Shown here: positions 39,229-50,553 of the stretch, one piece after another
Position numbering within the stretch: position 1 is the first letter of the stretch
How the letters are laid out: each line of letters starts with the position of its first letter
From: an uncultured Spirochaetota bacterium
GTDB lineage: Bacteria; Spirochaetota; Spirochaetia; SZUA-6; Fen-1364
Length of the DNA stretch: 64,000 nucleotides
Assembly: GCA_963845535.1 (NCBI GenBank)
Contig: CAWJSK010000004.1
Location: 1-64,000, forward strand
Reading direction: 5' to 3'
Notes under the pieces: generated by a model
The model's input: only the letters and a program-made list of their open reading frames with translations
The model's database searches: none
Told to the model about the DNA's origin: nothing
Made by a program: the position numbers and the translations under genes

Positions 39229-40003
39229 ATGTTGAGGATCATTCGGGAAAGATTTCACCAGGGATACAGAACCACGCGTTTTCCCAAAGGCGAGCCTCCC
39301 GCCCTCCCGGGGCGGTTTCGAGGCATTCCGGTCCTGGATTCATCCCGATGCGCAAACGGGTGCGCGGATTGCCTTGCCGCCTGCCCTACGGGGGCGCTTG
39401 CGCTCACGCCTGGCAAGGGCTTGCAGATCGACCTGGGCGCATGCCTCTTCTGCGGGGAGTGCGCCGCCGCCTGCCAGCGGGGGGCCATTTCCTTCACGAA
39501 CGACTACCGGCTTGCAACTCGGGAGCGGCAGGACCTCGTGGTCAGCGAAGGGCAGAAGCTGAAGCTTGCGAAGTCCTTGGGACGGGAGCTGCGGCGCATC
39601 CTGGGGCGGTCACTCCGGCTGCGCCAGGTGAGCGCCGGCGGATGCAACGGCTGCGAGGCTGACGCGAACGTCCTCACCACTGTCGGGTGGGACATGGGGA
39701 GGTTCGGGATCCAGTTTGTCGCATCACCCCGGCACGCTGATGGACTCCTTGTCACCGGACCGGTGACGCAGAACATGCAGCCTGGCGCTGAAAAAGGCGT
39801 GGGACGCTGTGCCTGAGCCGAAGATCCTCATTGCCTCGGGGGCATGCGCAATCTCCGGCGGCCTCTTTCGCGGCGCTCCCGAAGTCTGTGACGGCGTGGG
39901 GGGAATCCTCCCTGTGGACCTGTTCGTGCCCGGCTGTCCGCCCCATCCGCTCACGCTGCTGGACGGCCTTCTTCGATTGATCGGCAAGGGACGAGCGGAC
40001 TGA
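39229..40003 (+). CDS. Ehr small subunit: 2x[4Fe-4S] ferredoxin fused to NuoB-like domain (frameshift ~39781)
   Basis: CxxCxxCxxxC motifs; GGCNGCE, ASPRHAD, GACAISGG, PGCPP. Confidence 0.88.
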
Positions 40004-40068
40004 ACACGGCGTTTTTTGCGCCGCGCCACGGCGGGGCAGATCCGCGCGGATGCGGTGTTGAAGTACGC

Positions 40069-40858
40069 ATGACCACCACGATCTACTTCTACTCAGCCAC
40101 CGGCAACTCCTTTGAGATTGCAAGAACCATTGCCAGGGAAATCGGTGACGCCCGCGTCCTGCCAATTGCGCACTATCGCAAGGAAAAAGCAATTCCCGAC
40201 ACTGCCAAGGTCGGCATCGTTTTCCCCGTCCATGCGTGGGGACCTCCCCGCACGGTGAGCGAGTTCCTCCAGAACCTCGACCTGCGCGGCGTGCGCTACA
40301 CGTTCGCGATTGCCAGCTGCGGTGGCACCGCCGCGGGCACGCTTCCGAAACTGCGAAGGGCGGTCCGAAAAAATGGCGGCGAGCTGCACGCCGGCTTCAT
40401 TGTGCGGTCCAAAGGGCTACATGGCGAGCGGCGGCAGCAATCCGATGATCAAGATGGTCAGGCGGCTATCCGGAAGACCGTTCGGCACCTCGGAAGAGAG
40501 GCTTCCCGGGATCATTGAGACAATCAAGGCCGAAAGGAAGCTGAAGGTTGAACGGAGCGCCGTTGGCGGGACCCTCTTGGGGAACTTCTTCCACTCCATG
40601 GCCGGAAAGCAGTTTGCCCGGCTGGACGCAAACTACGAGGTCAGGGATTCGTGCAAGAGCTGCGGGAACTGCACGCGCATCTGCCCGCGCGGGAACGTGA
40701 CTCTCATGGACGGAAAGCCCACCTGGCACCACGACTGCGACTTCTGCGGGGCCTGCGCCACCTGGTGCCCCAACAACGCAATCGGGTTCAAGGGCGCTCC
40801 GGCCGCTCCGCGAAAGCACAACGAAAGCGTAACACGAGCCGAGCTCATGGGGGTGTGA
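40069..40858 (+). CDS. EFR1 family flavodoxin-like/ferredoxin protein (frameshift ~40412)
   Basis: YSATGNS, FPVHAW; CKSCGNCTRICP, CDFCGACATWCP. Confidence 0.85.
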
Positions 40859-40931
40859 TACCCTGGGCAAAGTCAAGCGCGCGGCACACCGCCACCTGAG
40901 CGTCGGACAGTCGTCCGACGATCATCGACCA

Positions 40932-41552
40932 TCATCCGATGATCGAGAGAAACTTCGCAGAATCCATGACCGCGCCGAACTTCATGCCGAAGTTCTTGAG
41001 CGTTGCATGCTGAAGCACCGCGTCAAACGAGGACACGCCGTCCGAAAGCATCACGGTCTTGAATCCGTGATGGAAAGACTCCCGCGCGGTTTCCTCAACA
41101 CATATCTGCGTGACGGTGCCGCAGACTATGACGGTGTCCGCGCGCTCCGCGCGCAGGATGTCTTCCAGGTTGGTCCGAAAAAAAGCGCCGTAGCCGTACT
41201 TGTCCACGATGTACTCCGTTGAAAGCGGAGCAAGCTCGTCAATGACGGCAACGCACTCGCGCTCGGCTTTGATGTCGGAATACATTCGACGGAAACCTTT
41301 GTGGCAACAGTTGGTGGGCGGGGCGAGCTGCGGGGACCACTTCCACACCAGCGTTTCCTTCGGGGTGGCAAGGAAACGGGTGAAGACGACAGGACGGCCG
41401 CTTTGGCGGAACTTCCCCAGCACGGCCTTGATGGGTCCAATGGTGACACGGGCGTCAGGGACTTCCAGCGGCGCCCCCACGCGGACAAAGTCGTTCTGCA
41501 TGTCCACGACCACGAAAGCCGCTGAGTTCAACCGGACGTCGAAAGGCTCCAC
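40932..41552 (-). CDS. Isochorismatase family cysteine hydrolase
   Basis: VVDMQNDF, DKYGYGAF, TQICVEETAR. Confidence 0.9.
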   Translation of the reverse strand: MEPFDVRLNSAAFVVVDMQNDFVRVGAPLEVPDARVTIGPIKAVLGKFRQSGRPVVFTRFLATPKETLVWKWSPQLAPPTNCCHKGFRRMYSDIKAERECVAVIDELAPLSTEYIVDKYGYGAFFRTNLEDILRAERADTVIVCGTVTQICVEETARESFHHGFKTVMLSDGVSSFDAVLQHATLKNFGMKFGAVMDSAKFLSIIG

Positions 41553-41691
41553 GGGGAGCGAGCGTACGGCAAACGCCCCCCGGGCGTCAAGATAAACGGC
41601 GGAATGATTCGATGCGGATTCGGCAGCAATTTGACTGACGATCTGACGGCAATTTGACAGCCCCCCGGGGACGCCTCATACTGTGATTTCG

Positions 41692-42949
41692 GTGACCAAG
41701 ATCCTTGCCGTTTCGTTGCTCCTTTTCCTCGCCGTTGTCCTGCCCGCGGCATTCCTGCCGGCGGAGCAGATCACTTTCCTCTATATGAAACAGTCCGGCT
41801 ATGACCTGGGGGACATTGTAGAACGAGCCGAGTCGTTTCGGCAAAAAACGGGCGTTCGTGTGAACCCCGTGTTCGTTGAGTACGAGGACCGCTACAACCT
41901 GATCCTCGAGTCCGCCGCCCGTACCATCCCCGACATGGACCTCATCCTCGTGGACCTGATCTGGGTGGCGGATTTTGCGGACAAGGGCATCATCGATCCG
42001 CTTCCCCAGGCGGTGGACAAGCGCGTGCGAAACGGGACGGTGCCGCAGATCTATTCCGCTTTCGGCTGGCATGACCGGCTATGGGCCATCCCGTTCCACA
42101 TCGACTTCCAGATGCTCTACACGAACATGGATGACATGAAGCGCATCGGCGCGGCGGCGCCGCCGGCCACGCTGGAGGAGATGGTACGCATGGCGCGCCG
42201 CGCAAAGGCCGCCGGCGTCGTGAAGTACCCGATCTTCGAGTCCTGGCGGCGCCAGGAAGTGCTCACGTGCGAGCTCACATGGCTTGTCGGGGCTTTCGGC
42301 GGTTCCCTCGTGGACGCCAACCGGAAGGGTGGACTGCGACAGTCCCGCGGCGCTGCGCGCCCTCACGTTCATGGTGGACCTCTTGGGAGACGGCATCGCG
42401 AGCCCCTACTCCCTGGAATCCGAGGAGAACTTCGTCTCGGAAGTCTTCCTTGCCGGGGACTGCATGTTCACGACAAACTGGAGCTTCCTGATACGACTTC
42501 TTTCAAAGAACGACCAGCCGGGCGTGCAGGATTGGAGAGTGAGCACCATCCCCGTTTCGGAGTCCGCCCTCCGGGCTGGAAGAAGCACCTCCAGCATCTG
42601 CGGGTTCGAGGGACTTGGAGTGCTCAGCAAATCAACCCACAAGAACGCTGCGTGGGCGTTCGCGCAGTACCTCGCCTCCCCGGAGTTCCAGGCAAAGCAC
42701 CTGGAGTTCATGCCTGCCTGGAAAGAGGTCTGGGAGACGGAGGGAGCGCGAGCGGAAGACCCGTTTCTCTCCATCAAGCAGATGCAGATCACCGGGCTCC
42801 AGTACCGGCAGGTCCATCCCCGCTATCGGCAGATCAGTGAAATCCTCCAGCACTGGGTTTCTCAGGCCCTTCATGGCCAGGTGACCCCGGCGGAGGCGCT
42901 TCGGGAAGCGCAGGCCCAGATCGACAAGGTTACCGGAGCGGCCCCGTGA
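41692..42949 (+). CDS. Extracellular solute-binding protein, probable sensor partner (frameshift ~42325)
   Basis: Signal peptide; DLIWVADFA, WAIPFHID, AWAFAQYLASPEFQ; upstream TTGACA-N17-CATACT. Confidence 0.82.
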
Positions 42950-44681
42950 AAAAGCTGGCCCAGCGCGTGCGGGACATGAAGCTCTCAGGAAAAATGACCT
43001 TGTTCTTCACCGTGCTGGTTCTGGGCCAGTTCTTCGTTTCCCTTGCCATCCTCACCACGATCATTTCGAGCACCAACCGTGACACGCTCACGGCCCGCAT
43101 GAGCTACACCCGCCAGGGAGTGGAAGGTTATCTGGAGGAGACGTTTCGGGACCTGCGCGTGAAAGGTGAGCTGATTGCGGGGCAGAAGAAGACAATCGAA
43201 TACACGGACTTCGGGCTGAAGACGCTCCTTGCCCGGGAGCTCGTCGTGTTTCGTGAATCCCTGGGGATCGACTCGATCTCCGTGTTCACGGACCCTGAGT
43301 ATCCGTTCGCCTCGACGCAGAAGTTCTCTTCCAACGGCGCCGGTCACCCGGGAGGAGATAGAACGATGCTTCCAGGGAGAGAGCGGTCTTTTCATTTCCA
43401 CGGAGGCGGGCGGACCCAGCCTCATGGTCCTTTCCCCCATTCGGAGGGCGGATGGGATCATTGGCGTGCTGTCACTGGGCCTCGCCCTGGATGAAGCGTT
43501 CGTTTCCCGGATAGAGAAGATCAGCGGGGCGGGGATTGTTTTCCAGTTTCACGACATTTCCCTGCACGGGGACTCCCTCACGGACGCCGGTGTTCAGAAG
43601 GTCCTGGCAGCCTACAACGGTTTGAGCGGGGATGCCGGCGTGATGATGGCGGGCGGGCACATCGTCGGCTCAGTGGAGCTCGGCGCCGTGGGCCTTCCTG
43701 GGGGAAGGATCCTCTGCCTCCTTGATACCGCAGAGACAACGCGCCTCATTGCCCGCTACAACCTGATCTCTCTGGTGTCCACCGTGCTCATTCTTGCCCT
43801 CGCCCTTGCCTCAGGTTTCGCTTTTTTCCGCCGCGCATTCTCCCGGCGGTTCCAGCTGATCCTCCAAGGCATCACGAAAATAGCCGGCGGCGACTTCCAT
43901 CCCCCCTTCCAGCTGGAGTGGGCCGACGAGCTGGGTCAGCTTGCCCAGGCGTTCGATGAGATGTGCCGCAGGCTGCTCGTACGGGAGACGGAGCTTTCCC
44001 AGCTACGGGAGAAGCTCGCCCTTTCCTCCAAGCTCGCGGCATTCGGTGAGATGGCCGCCGGCGTTGCGCACCAGATACGAAACCCCCTGGTGGTCATGAA
44101 GGTCTCCGCAGAGATGCTGCGGGACAACTTCACGGTGAACGGCGCGGTGGACAGGTACCAGAAGCTCACCAGCCTCATGATCGATGAGGCTGACACGCTC
44201 AACCTCGTGGTCTCGAACTTCCTCGACTTTGCGCGGCCGCGCAAGATCAGCCGCTCCCCGGCCTCGATCTCGGCCATCATCGATTTCTGCCTGGAAAGCC
44301 TTCCGCGTGGAGCGCTTTCAGGGCGTCTCGGTGCGCCGCGTCGTGGAGGAAGGCGTGCCCGAGCTTCCGCTTGACCGCAACCTCATTGGGCAGGCGCTCT
44401 CCAACCTCATCCTGAACGCGCTCCAGGCATCTCCGCCTCACGCGTCGGTTGAGGTCCGCGCTGGCATGGCGGACGGGAGGCTCCGCGTGGAAGTGCAGGA
44501 CTGGGGAGCGGGGATGAGCGCGGAGACGCAGCGCAGCATGTTCGACCCGTTCTTCACCACGCGGGACTCCGGCACGGGGTTGGGGCTTTCGATCGTGCAC
44601 CGCATTGTCGAAGACCACGGCGGGCTCATTGACGTGCGTTCCGCGCCGGGCCAGGGCTCGACGTTTGGCATTCTCCTGTAA
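42946..44681 (+). CDS. HAMP sensor histidine kinase (frameshifts ~43330, ~44300)
   Basis: Two TMs, DELGQLA, AGVAHQIRNPL, NLILNALQA, PFFTT..GTGLGL. Confidence 0.88.
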
Positions 44682-44692
44682 GGGGCAAGCCC

Positions 44693-46048
44693 ATGAAACG
44701 AATCCTTGTGGTCGATGATGAACCGAACGTTCGAACCGTGCTGACAATGCTCCTCGAGGATGACGGATATGAGGTCGTAAGCGCGGAGGACGGACAGAAA
44801 GGGATGGCGATGATCGACGGCCTGACGGACCTCGACCTCGTCATCACGGACCTCAAGATGCCGGGCGCTGACGGTCTTGCGCTCCTGCGCGCCCTGAAGC
44901 AGCAGGGACGGGACGTCCCGCTCGTCATGATCACCGCGTACGGCTCCATCGAGAAAGCCGTGGAAGCAATGAAAAGCGGCGCCGCGGACTTCATCACGAA
45001 ACCTTTCAACAAGGACGTCATCCGCCACGTCGTCCACAAGCTGCTGAAGGCGGAGGACCTGAAAAAGGAGAACGAGCTTCTTCGCCAGTCGTGCCCCGCG
45101 CCCGGGGTCATTGCGCGCAGTCCGGCAATGCGCGCCGTTCTGGACCTGGTGGACAAGGTGGCCGCCGCGCCGTCCGCCGTGCTCATCCTGGGAGAAAGCG
45201 GTGACCGGCAAGGAAGTGGTGGCGCGGGCCATCCATGCGCAGAAACGCCCAGGCGAGGAAAAAGCGATTTCAGCGTGCCGTTCGTCAGCATCAGTTGCCC
45301 CGCCGTCCCCGACACGCTGATCGAAAGCGAGCTTTTCGGGTATCGCAAGGGCGCTTTCACCGGAGCGTCGCAGAACTTCGGCGGGAAGATCAGCCAGGCG
45401 CGCGGCGGCGTGCTGTTCCTGGACGAGATTGCCGAGATACCGCTTTCGACTCAGGCCAAGCTCCTCCGCTTCATCGAGGAGAAAGTCTTCGAGCCGCTGG
45501 GGAGCACGACGCGGACGAAGGTGGACGCGAGGATCATCTGCGCCACGAACAAGGACCTGGAAACGCTTGTCCGCGAGGGAAAGTTCCGGGAAGACCTCTA
45601 TTATCGCATCAACACCATCACCATACGGGTGCCCGCCCTGCGCGAGCGTCAGGAAGACGTCCTGCCGCTGGCTGCGCACTTCCTCACCCACTACTGTGAG
45701 ACTCTTGGCAAGCACATCTCCACCATTACCGAAGCGGCTCAAGCGGCGCTCGTATCCTACTCATGGCCGGGGAACGTGCGTGAGCTTCGAAACGTGATGG
45801 AGCGGGCGGTTGTCCTTACGAGCGGCCCGTGCATCACAACAGAGAACTTCCCGGGACAGATGCTCGGGTTCCCGGTGGAGGAAGCCGGGGCCGCCAGGGA
45901 CAGCAAGCTCGAGCAAATGGAGAAGTCGATGCTCCTTGAGGTCATGCGCAGAAACGCGGGGAATGTTTCCTCCGCGGCTCGGGAGCTGGGCATCTCCCGC
46001 GACACCCTTCGCTACCGAATCAGGAAGTATGACATAGCCGTTGGGTGA
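44693..46048 (+). CDS. sigma54-dependent response regulator (NtrC family)
   Basis: REC domain, GAFTGA, FLDEI, WPGNVREL, Fis HTH; local compensating shift at Walker A. Confidence 0.93.
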   Translation: MKRILVVDDEPNVRTVLTMLLEDDGYEVVSAEDGQKGMAMIDGLTDLDLVITDLKMPGADGLALLRALKQQGRDVPLVMITAYGSIEKAVEAMKSGAADFITKPFNKDVIRHVVHKLLKAEDLKKENELLRQSCPAPGVIARSPAMRAVLDLVDKVAAAPSAVLILGESGDRQGSGGAGHPCAETPRRGKSDFSVPFVSISCPAVPDTLIESELFGYRKGAFTGASQNFGGKISQARGGVLFLDEIAEIPLSTQAKLLRFIEEKVFEPLGSTTRTKVDARIICATNKDLETLVREGKFREDLYYRINTITIRVPALRERQEDVLPLAAHFLTHYCETLGKHISTITEAAQAALVSYSWPGNVRELRNVMERAVVLTSGPCITTENFPGQMLGFPVEEAGAARDSKLEQMEKSMLLEVMRRNAGNVSSAARELGISRDTLRYRIRKYDIAVG

Positions 46049-46080
46049 TATCACCCACTGACGTGGGGGATTTGCCCCAC
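46042..46080. promoter_or_regulatory. Tandem palindromic enhancer (UAS) candidates
   Basis: TGGGTGATATCACCCA (46042-46057) and TGGGGGATTTGCCCCA (46064-46079). Confidence 0.7.
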
Positions 46081-46177
46081 CAGCAGACGGAGTGCCACTC
46101 TACCGAGGGTATCCGAGCAATCCGTTTCTGCTTATCCAACAAGCACTTGCACCCGTTTTCATCTCTCACTTGCTGCG

Positions 46178-46193
46178 TGGCATCCTTCTTGCT
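46178..46193 (+). promoter_or_regulatory. sigma54 (-24/-12) promoter
   Basis: TGGCAT-CCTTC-TTGCT matches TGGCAC-N5-TTGCW. Confidence 0.85.
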
Positions 46194-46245
46194 CTGTCAG
46201 GATCGCCCCCAGCCTTGAATCCCCACGGGGGCAAAGGAGAAATGC

Positions 46246-47484
46246 ATGACAAGAAAGAGTCTCATTATCACGGTCGTGCTCCTGGCCGTGGCGGCCGCGG
46301 CTTTTGCCGCGCCGGTCACGATCAACGCCCTGTTCATGAAGCAGGCAGGGTACCAGGAGGAGGACATCATCGCGGGCACCCGTGACTTCCAGGCGGCTCA
46401 CCCGGAGATCAACGTCAACCTTACGTTCGTGCCCTACGAGCAGCTGGAGGAAAAGATCATCACCTCCGCGCAGGCCGGAAGCTATGACGTGGTGCTGAGC
46501 GACGGCCCGTTCACGGCTAAGTTCGCGCAAGCGGGTATTGTCAAATCAGTGCCGCCGCTTTCCCCGGCGGATCAGAAGGACATCTTCGACGGCGCTCTCC
46601 TGTCCACGCTGTACAAGGGAAAGAGCTACGGAATGCCCTGGCTGAACGACTGCAAGTACCTCTTCTACAACAAAAAGGTCCTGCAGGCTGCCGGCTTCGC
46701 AAATCCCCCCCGCACATGGGAAGAGCTTGCGGCGCAGGCAAAAGTGATTCGGGACAAGAAGCTCGTGAAGTTCCCCATAGCGTGGAGCTGGGCGCAAGCG
46801 GAGTGCCTGACCTGTGACTTCACCGTTCTGTCCGCGGCATTCGGAGGAGCCATGTTCGACAAGGATGGCAACCCCACCATGACGGCGGCAGGGAACAAGA
46901 AAGCGCTGGAGTTCATGGTGGCTTCCCTCAAGGACGGGATCACCAACCCGAACTCGCTTGAGTTCACGGAGAATGAAGTGGACTCCACCTTCATCAAGGG
47001 AGACGCCGCGTTTGCGTTGAACTGGACGTTCCAGTTCAACGAGGCCCAGGATGCTTCCAAGTCAGCGGTGGTGGGGCAGGTGGGAATTGCGCTCATTCCG
47101 GGATCCGGCGCGGTCAAGAGCGCCACGGTGAACGGCGGCCAGCCCCTTTCGATCTCCGCGGGCAGCAAGCGTTCCGCAGAGGCGTGGCAGTACATCCTCT
47201 ATATGTCCTCCAAGGATTTCCAGAAGAAGTTCCCCAAGAATGCGCTCCCAATCTGGAAGTCTCTCTATGAGGACAAGGACGTGATTGCCACGGCGCCCGA
47301 GGTGGTGAAGGTGGCCAAGGACCAGTACAACTACCTGGTGAACAGGCCCGTGGTCCCGTTCTACAGCGAGTTCTCCACGGACCTCCAGGTGAGGATCCAG
47401 GAAGCGCTCCAGGGCAAGAAGACGGTGGACCAGGCGCTCCAGGAAACCCAGGCGAAGGCGCTCGAACTGGCGGGCAGGAAATAG
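46246..47484 (+). CDS. Carbohydrate ABC transporter substrate-binding protein
   Basis: Signal peptide, YGMPWLND, AWQYILYM; SD AAGGAG. Confidence 0.92.
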   Translation: MTRKSLIITVVLLAVAAAAFAAPVTINALFMKQAGYQEEDIIAGTRDFQAAHPEINVNLTFVPYEQLEEKIITSAQAGSYDVVLSDGPFTAKFAQAGIVKSVPPLSPADQKDIFDGALLSTLYKGKSYGMPWLNDCKYLFYNKKVLQAAGFANPPRTWEELAAQAKVIRDKKLVKFPIAWSWAQAECLTCDFTVLSAAFGGAMFDKDGNPTMTAAGNKKALEFMVASLKDGITNPNSLEFTENEVDSTFIKGDAAFALNWTFQFNEAQDASKSAVVGQVGIALIPGSGAVKSATVNGGQPLSISAGSKRSAEAWQYILYMSSKDFQKKFPKNALPIWKSLYEDKDVIATAPEVVKVAKDQYNYLVNRPVVPFYSEFSTDLQVRIQEALQGKKTVDQALQETQAKALELAGRK

Positions 47485-47491
47485 CCAGGCC

Positions 47492-48395
47492 ATGACGGTA
47501 TCGCGGCGGCAGGGGCTTTCTGAACAAAGGTTCGCGTTCCTGATCATTCTTCCTGCCGCCGTGGTCATTTTCGGCGTGGTCCTCTTTCCGCTGGTAACGA
47601 CGTTCATCTACAGCCTTCAGAACATGGAGCTCATCTCCGCTGAGAAAGGGAAATTCCTCGGCCTCCTGAACTACCTCCGCGTGCTAGGCTCGGACTGGTT
47701 CTGGCAGGCTCTGGGGCGCACGCTGTATTTCACCGGCGTTTCACTGGCGGTGGAAACCGTGCTGGGGCTCCTCATTGCGCTCCTGCTCAATACGCGGTTC
47801 ATCGGGGTCGGGTTCCTGCGCGTTCTCATCATTGTCCCGTGGGCAACCCCGGGGATCGTCACCGCCAGCATCTGGAAGTGGATCTACAACCCGGAATACG
47901 GAGTTCTCAACGCCGTGCTGACTCAGCTTCACCTCATGAGCCAGTACCGCGCGTGGCTCAGTGACCCTTTTCTGGCCATGAACATGGTAATCCTCGCGGA
48001 CGTGTGGAAGATGACGCCTTTTGCCGATCATCTTCTTCCTCGCCGCGCTCCAGTTCATCAACCGGTCACTCTACGAGGCGGCAACGGTGGACGGCGCGGG
48101 AGTCTTTTCCCGGTTCTGGCACATCACGCTGCCGTACCTCGTGCCCACCATTTCCGTGGTGGCGGTCATGCGAACCATGGAGAAGTTCAAGGCCTTCGAC
48201 GTGTTTTACGTGATGACACGGGGAGGCCCCGCAAACGGAACAAAAGTGCTCGTGTACGAGGCGTACCTGAGGGCGTTTTCGAACCTTCAATACTCGATTT
48301 CTTCCACGGTGTCCTACCTGATTGCAATTCTCGTGCTGGTGTTCACCGTCGTGTACGTGCGCCTGATGAAGCGAGCGGAGGCCAGCGACTCATGA
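47492..48395 (+). CDS. Carbohydrate ABC permease (frameshift ~48022)
   Basis: ADVWKMTPF / LYEAATVDGA, TRGGPANGT. Confidence 0.88.
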
Positions 48396-49238
48396 AAAGC
48401 AGGGCGTTCCCCGCGGTGCAGTATCTCGGCGCGCGTCCTCGTTCTGCTGTTTGTGGTAGCGCCGGTAGCCTGGATGTTCATCACGAGCATAGCCATCCAC
48501 CGCGACATCATTGCGGTCCCTTTGAAGATCATCCCCCACGAAGGCACGCTCCAGCGCTACCTCGACGTGTTCACGAACCCCGACAACGAGATTGCCCATG
48601 CCTTCGAGATTGCTATGCGCAACAGCCTCATCGTGTCCGGCTGCGTCACGATCATCTCCCTCATCCTTGGCTCGCTTGCTTCCTATGCCTTTGCGCGCCT
48701 GAGCTTCGCCTTCAAAGCAAACATCATGTACCTCATCCTTTTCACCTACATGATTCCTTCCGTGGTCGTAGTGATGCCGCTGTACCTTATCCTCAGCAGC
48801 CTCGGCATGCTCAACGTGAAGCCCACTCTCGTGCTCCTGTACCTCACCATGACGCTGCCATTCGTGATCTGGGTCATGCAGACATACTTCGGTTCGCTCT
48901 CGAAAACGTATGAAGAGTCGGCCTCCCTGGAGGGATGCAACCGGCTGCAGGTCCTCTGGCATATCTACTTCCCCCTGGCCCGCCCGGGGATCATCGCCAC
49001 GGCAATCCTTTCTTTCCTGATCGCATGGGACGAGTTCTTCTTTGCGCTCATCTTCACCTCTACCCTGGATGCAAAAACAATCTCGGTGGCGATTGCGGAG
49101 TTCAGCGGCAAGCACTACGTGGATTATGAGATGATTGCCGCCGGCGGCGTGATTGCCGCGCTGCCGCCCATCCTGATCGCGATCATTTTCCAGAAATACA
49201 TCGTGATGGGAATGACCTCCGGCGGGATCAAGGAATGA
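48392..49238 (+). CDS. Carbohydrate ABC permease (frameshift ~48435)
   Basis: EESASLEG, AWDEFFFAL, GMTSGGIKE. Confidence 0.88.
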
Positions 49239-49281
49239 GGCCTGTAGACGAGCAGGCATTCTTCCATCATCTTTGTCGGCA

Positions 49282-50374
49282 ATGGAGATATTCCTGGGAA
49301 TCTGGGGAAAGCTGCCGCGCGGATTCTCTGTCCTTGCGCCCATGGAGGACGTCACTGACACGGTGTTCCGCCAGATCGTTCGGGAGGCAGGGGCGCCAGA
49401 CCTCCTCATGACGGAGTTCACGAGCACGGACGGGCTGTGCTCGGAGGGGCGCTCCCGGGTCGTCAGCAGGCTCAGATTCGTGGACAACGAGCGGCCCCTT
49501 GTTGCCCAGGTCTGGGGAACAAAGCCGGAAAACTTCCTTCGCGTCGCTCGTGAGGTCAGGGAGATGGGTTTCGACGGCCTGGACATCAACATGGGTTGTC
49601 CGGTGAGGAAAATCATCAAGGGCGGCGCATGCGGCGCCTTGATCAACAATCAGGGTCTTGCCGGAGAGCTTATCAGTGCGGCGCGTGAAGGCGCGGGCGG
49701 CATGCCCGTCAGCGTGAAAACCAGGATCGGCGTGACGCGTCCCGTTCCCGAGGAGTGGCTTGGGTTCCTCCTCTCCCGGGGCATCAGCGCGCTCACCGTG
49801 CATGGGCGCACCGTTTCCCAGCAGTCGGAGGGGCTTGCTGACTGGGGCACCGTCTCCCTTGCGGTCAGGTTGCGCGACGCCGCGGGCGTTGCAACCCGCA
49901 TCATCGGCAACGGGGATGTACGCACGCCGCAGGCATTCCGCGAGAAGTTGGCAGAAACGGGCGCGGACGGGATCATGATCGGACGCGGGATTTTCGAAAA
50001 CCTGTTCCTCTTCAAGGCGATTCGGGAGGGAAACACCGGGAGCGCTGAAAGCGCCCGGCTCAGGCGGCGAGCCCACCGAGCTCTCCCTCCTTTCCCCGCG
50101 GGAGAAGGTGCTTCTTTTCCGCCGACACCTCGCCTTCCATCGGGAGACGTGGGGCGAGCACGGCAACTTCAACGTGCTCAAGAAGTTCGTCAAGACATAT
50201 CTGCGCGCTTTTTCTGGCGCGAGAGACCTCACCGACTCCGTCATGCACACGCACAGATATGCCGAAGCTTTGGACGTACTGGATGCCTGGCTCGCAACGC
50301 ACGAAGAGCCCGGCGGAAGGCCGAAGGCGGACGGTGCGCGTGCCGACGCAAAAGCCGAGCCTCTTGCGGGTTAG
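49282..50374 (+). CDS. dus: tRNA-dihydrouridine synthase (frameshift ~50070)
   Basis: LAPMEDVTD, DINMGCP, SVKTRIG, VHGRT, GIMIGRG. Confidence 0.88.
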
Positions 50375-50385
50375 GGAGGAGAGTC

Positions 50386-50544
50386 ATGCCGTTGGGAGAA
50401 ACGCTTGTCACAAACGGAGTCATCACGAAGGAACAGCTTTCGACCGCGCTCGCGGAGCAGAAGAAGAACCCCAAAGAAAAAATCGGTGAGATCCTCTTGA
50501 GGCTGGGCTACCTCCCCATGGAAGAGCTCAAACCTTTCCTGTAA
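50386..50544 (+). CDS. Stand-alone MshEN-like small protein (52 aa)
   Basis: [33 protein letters not shown]...[12 protein letters not shown]. Confidence 0.8.
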   Translation: MPLGETLVTNGVITKEQLSTALAEQKKNPKEKIGEILLRLGYLPMEELKPFL

Positions 50545-50553
50545 GAAACGGAC

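Noticed and set aside
49273..50544. Dus-MshEN fusion
   Set aside because: The Dus C-terminus is in another frame ending at 50374; the small gene has its own SD.
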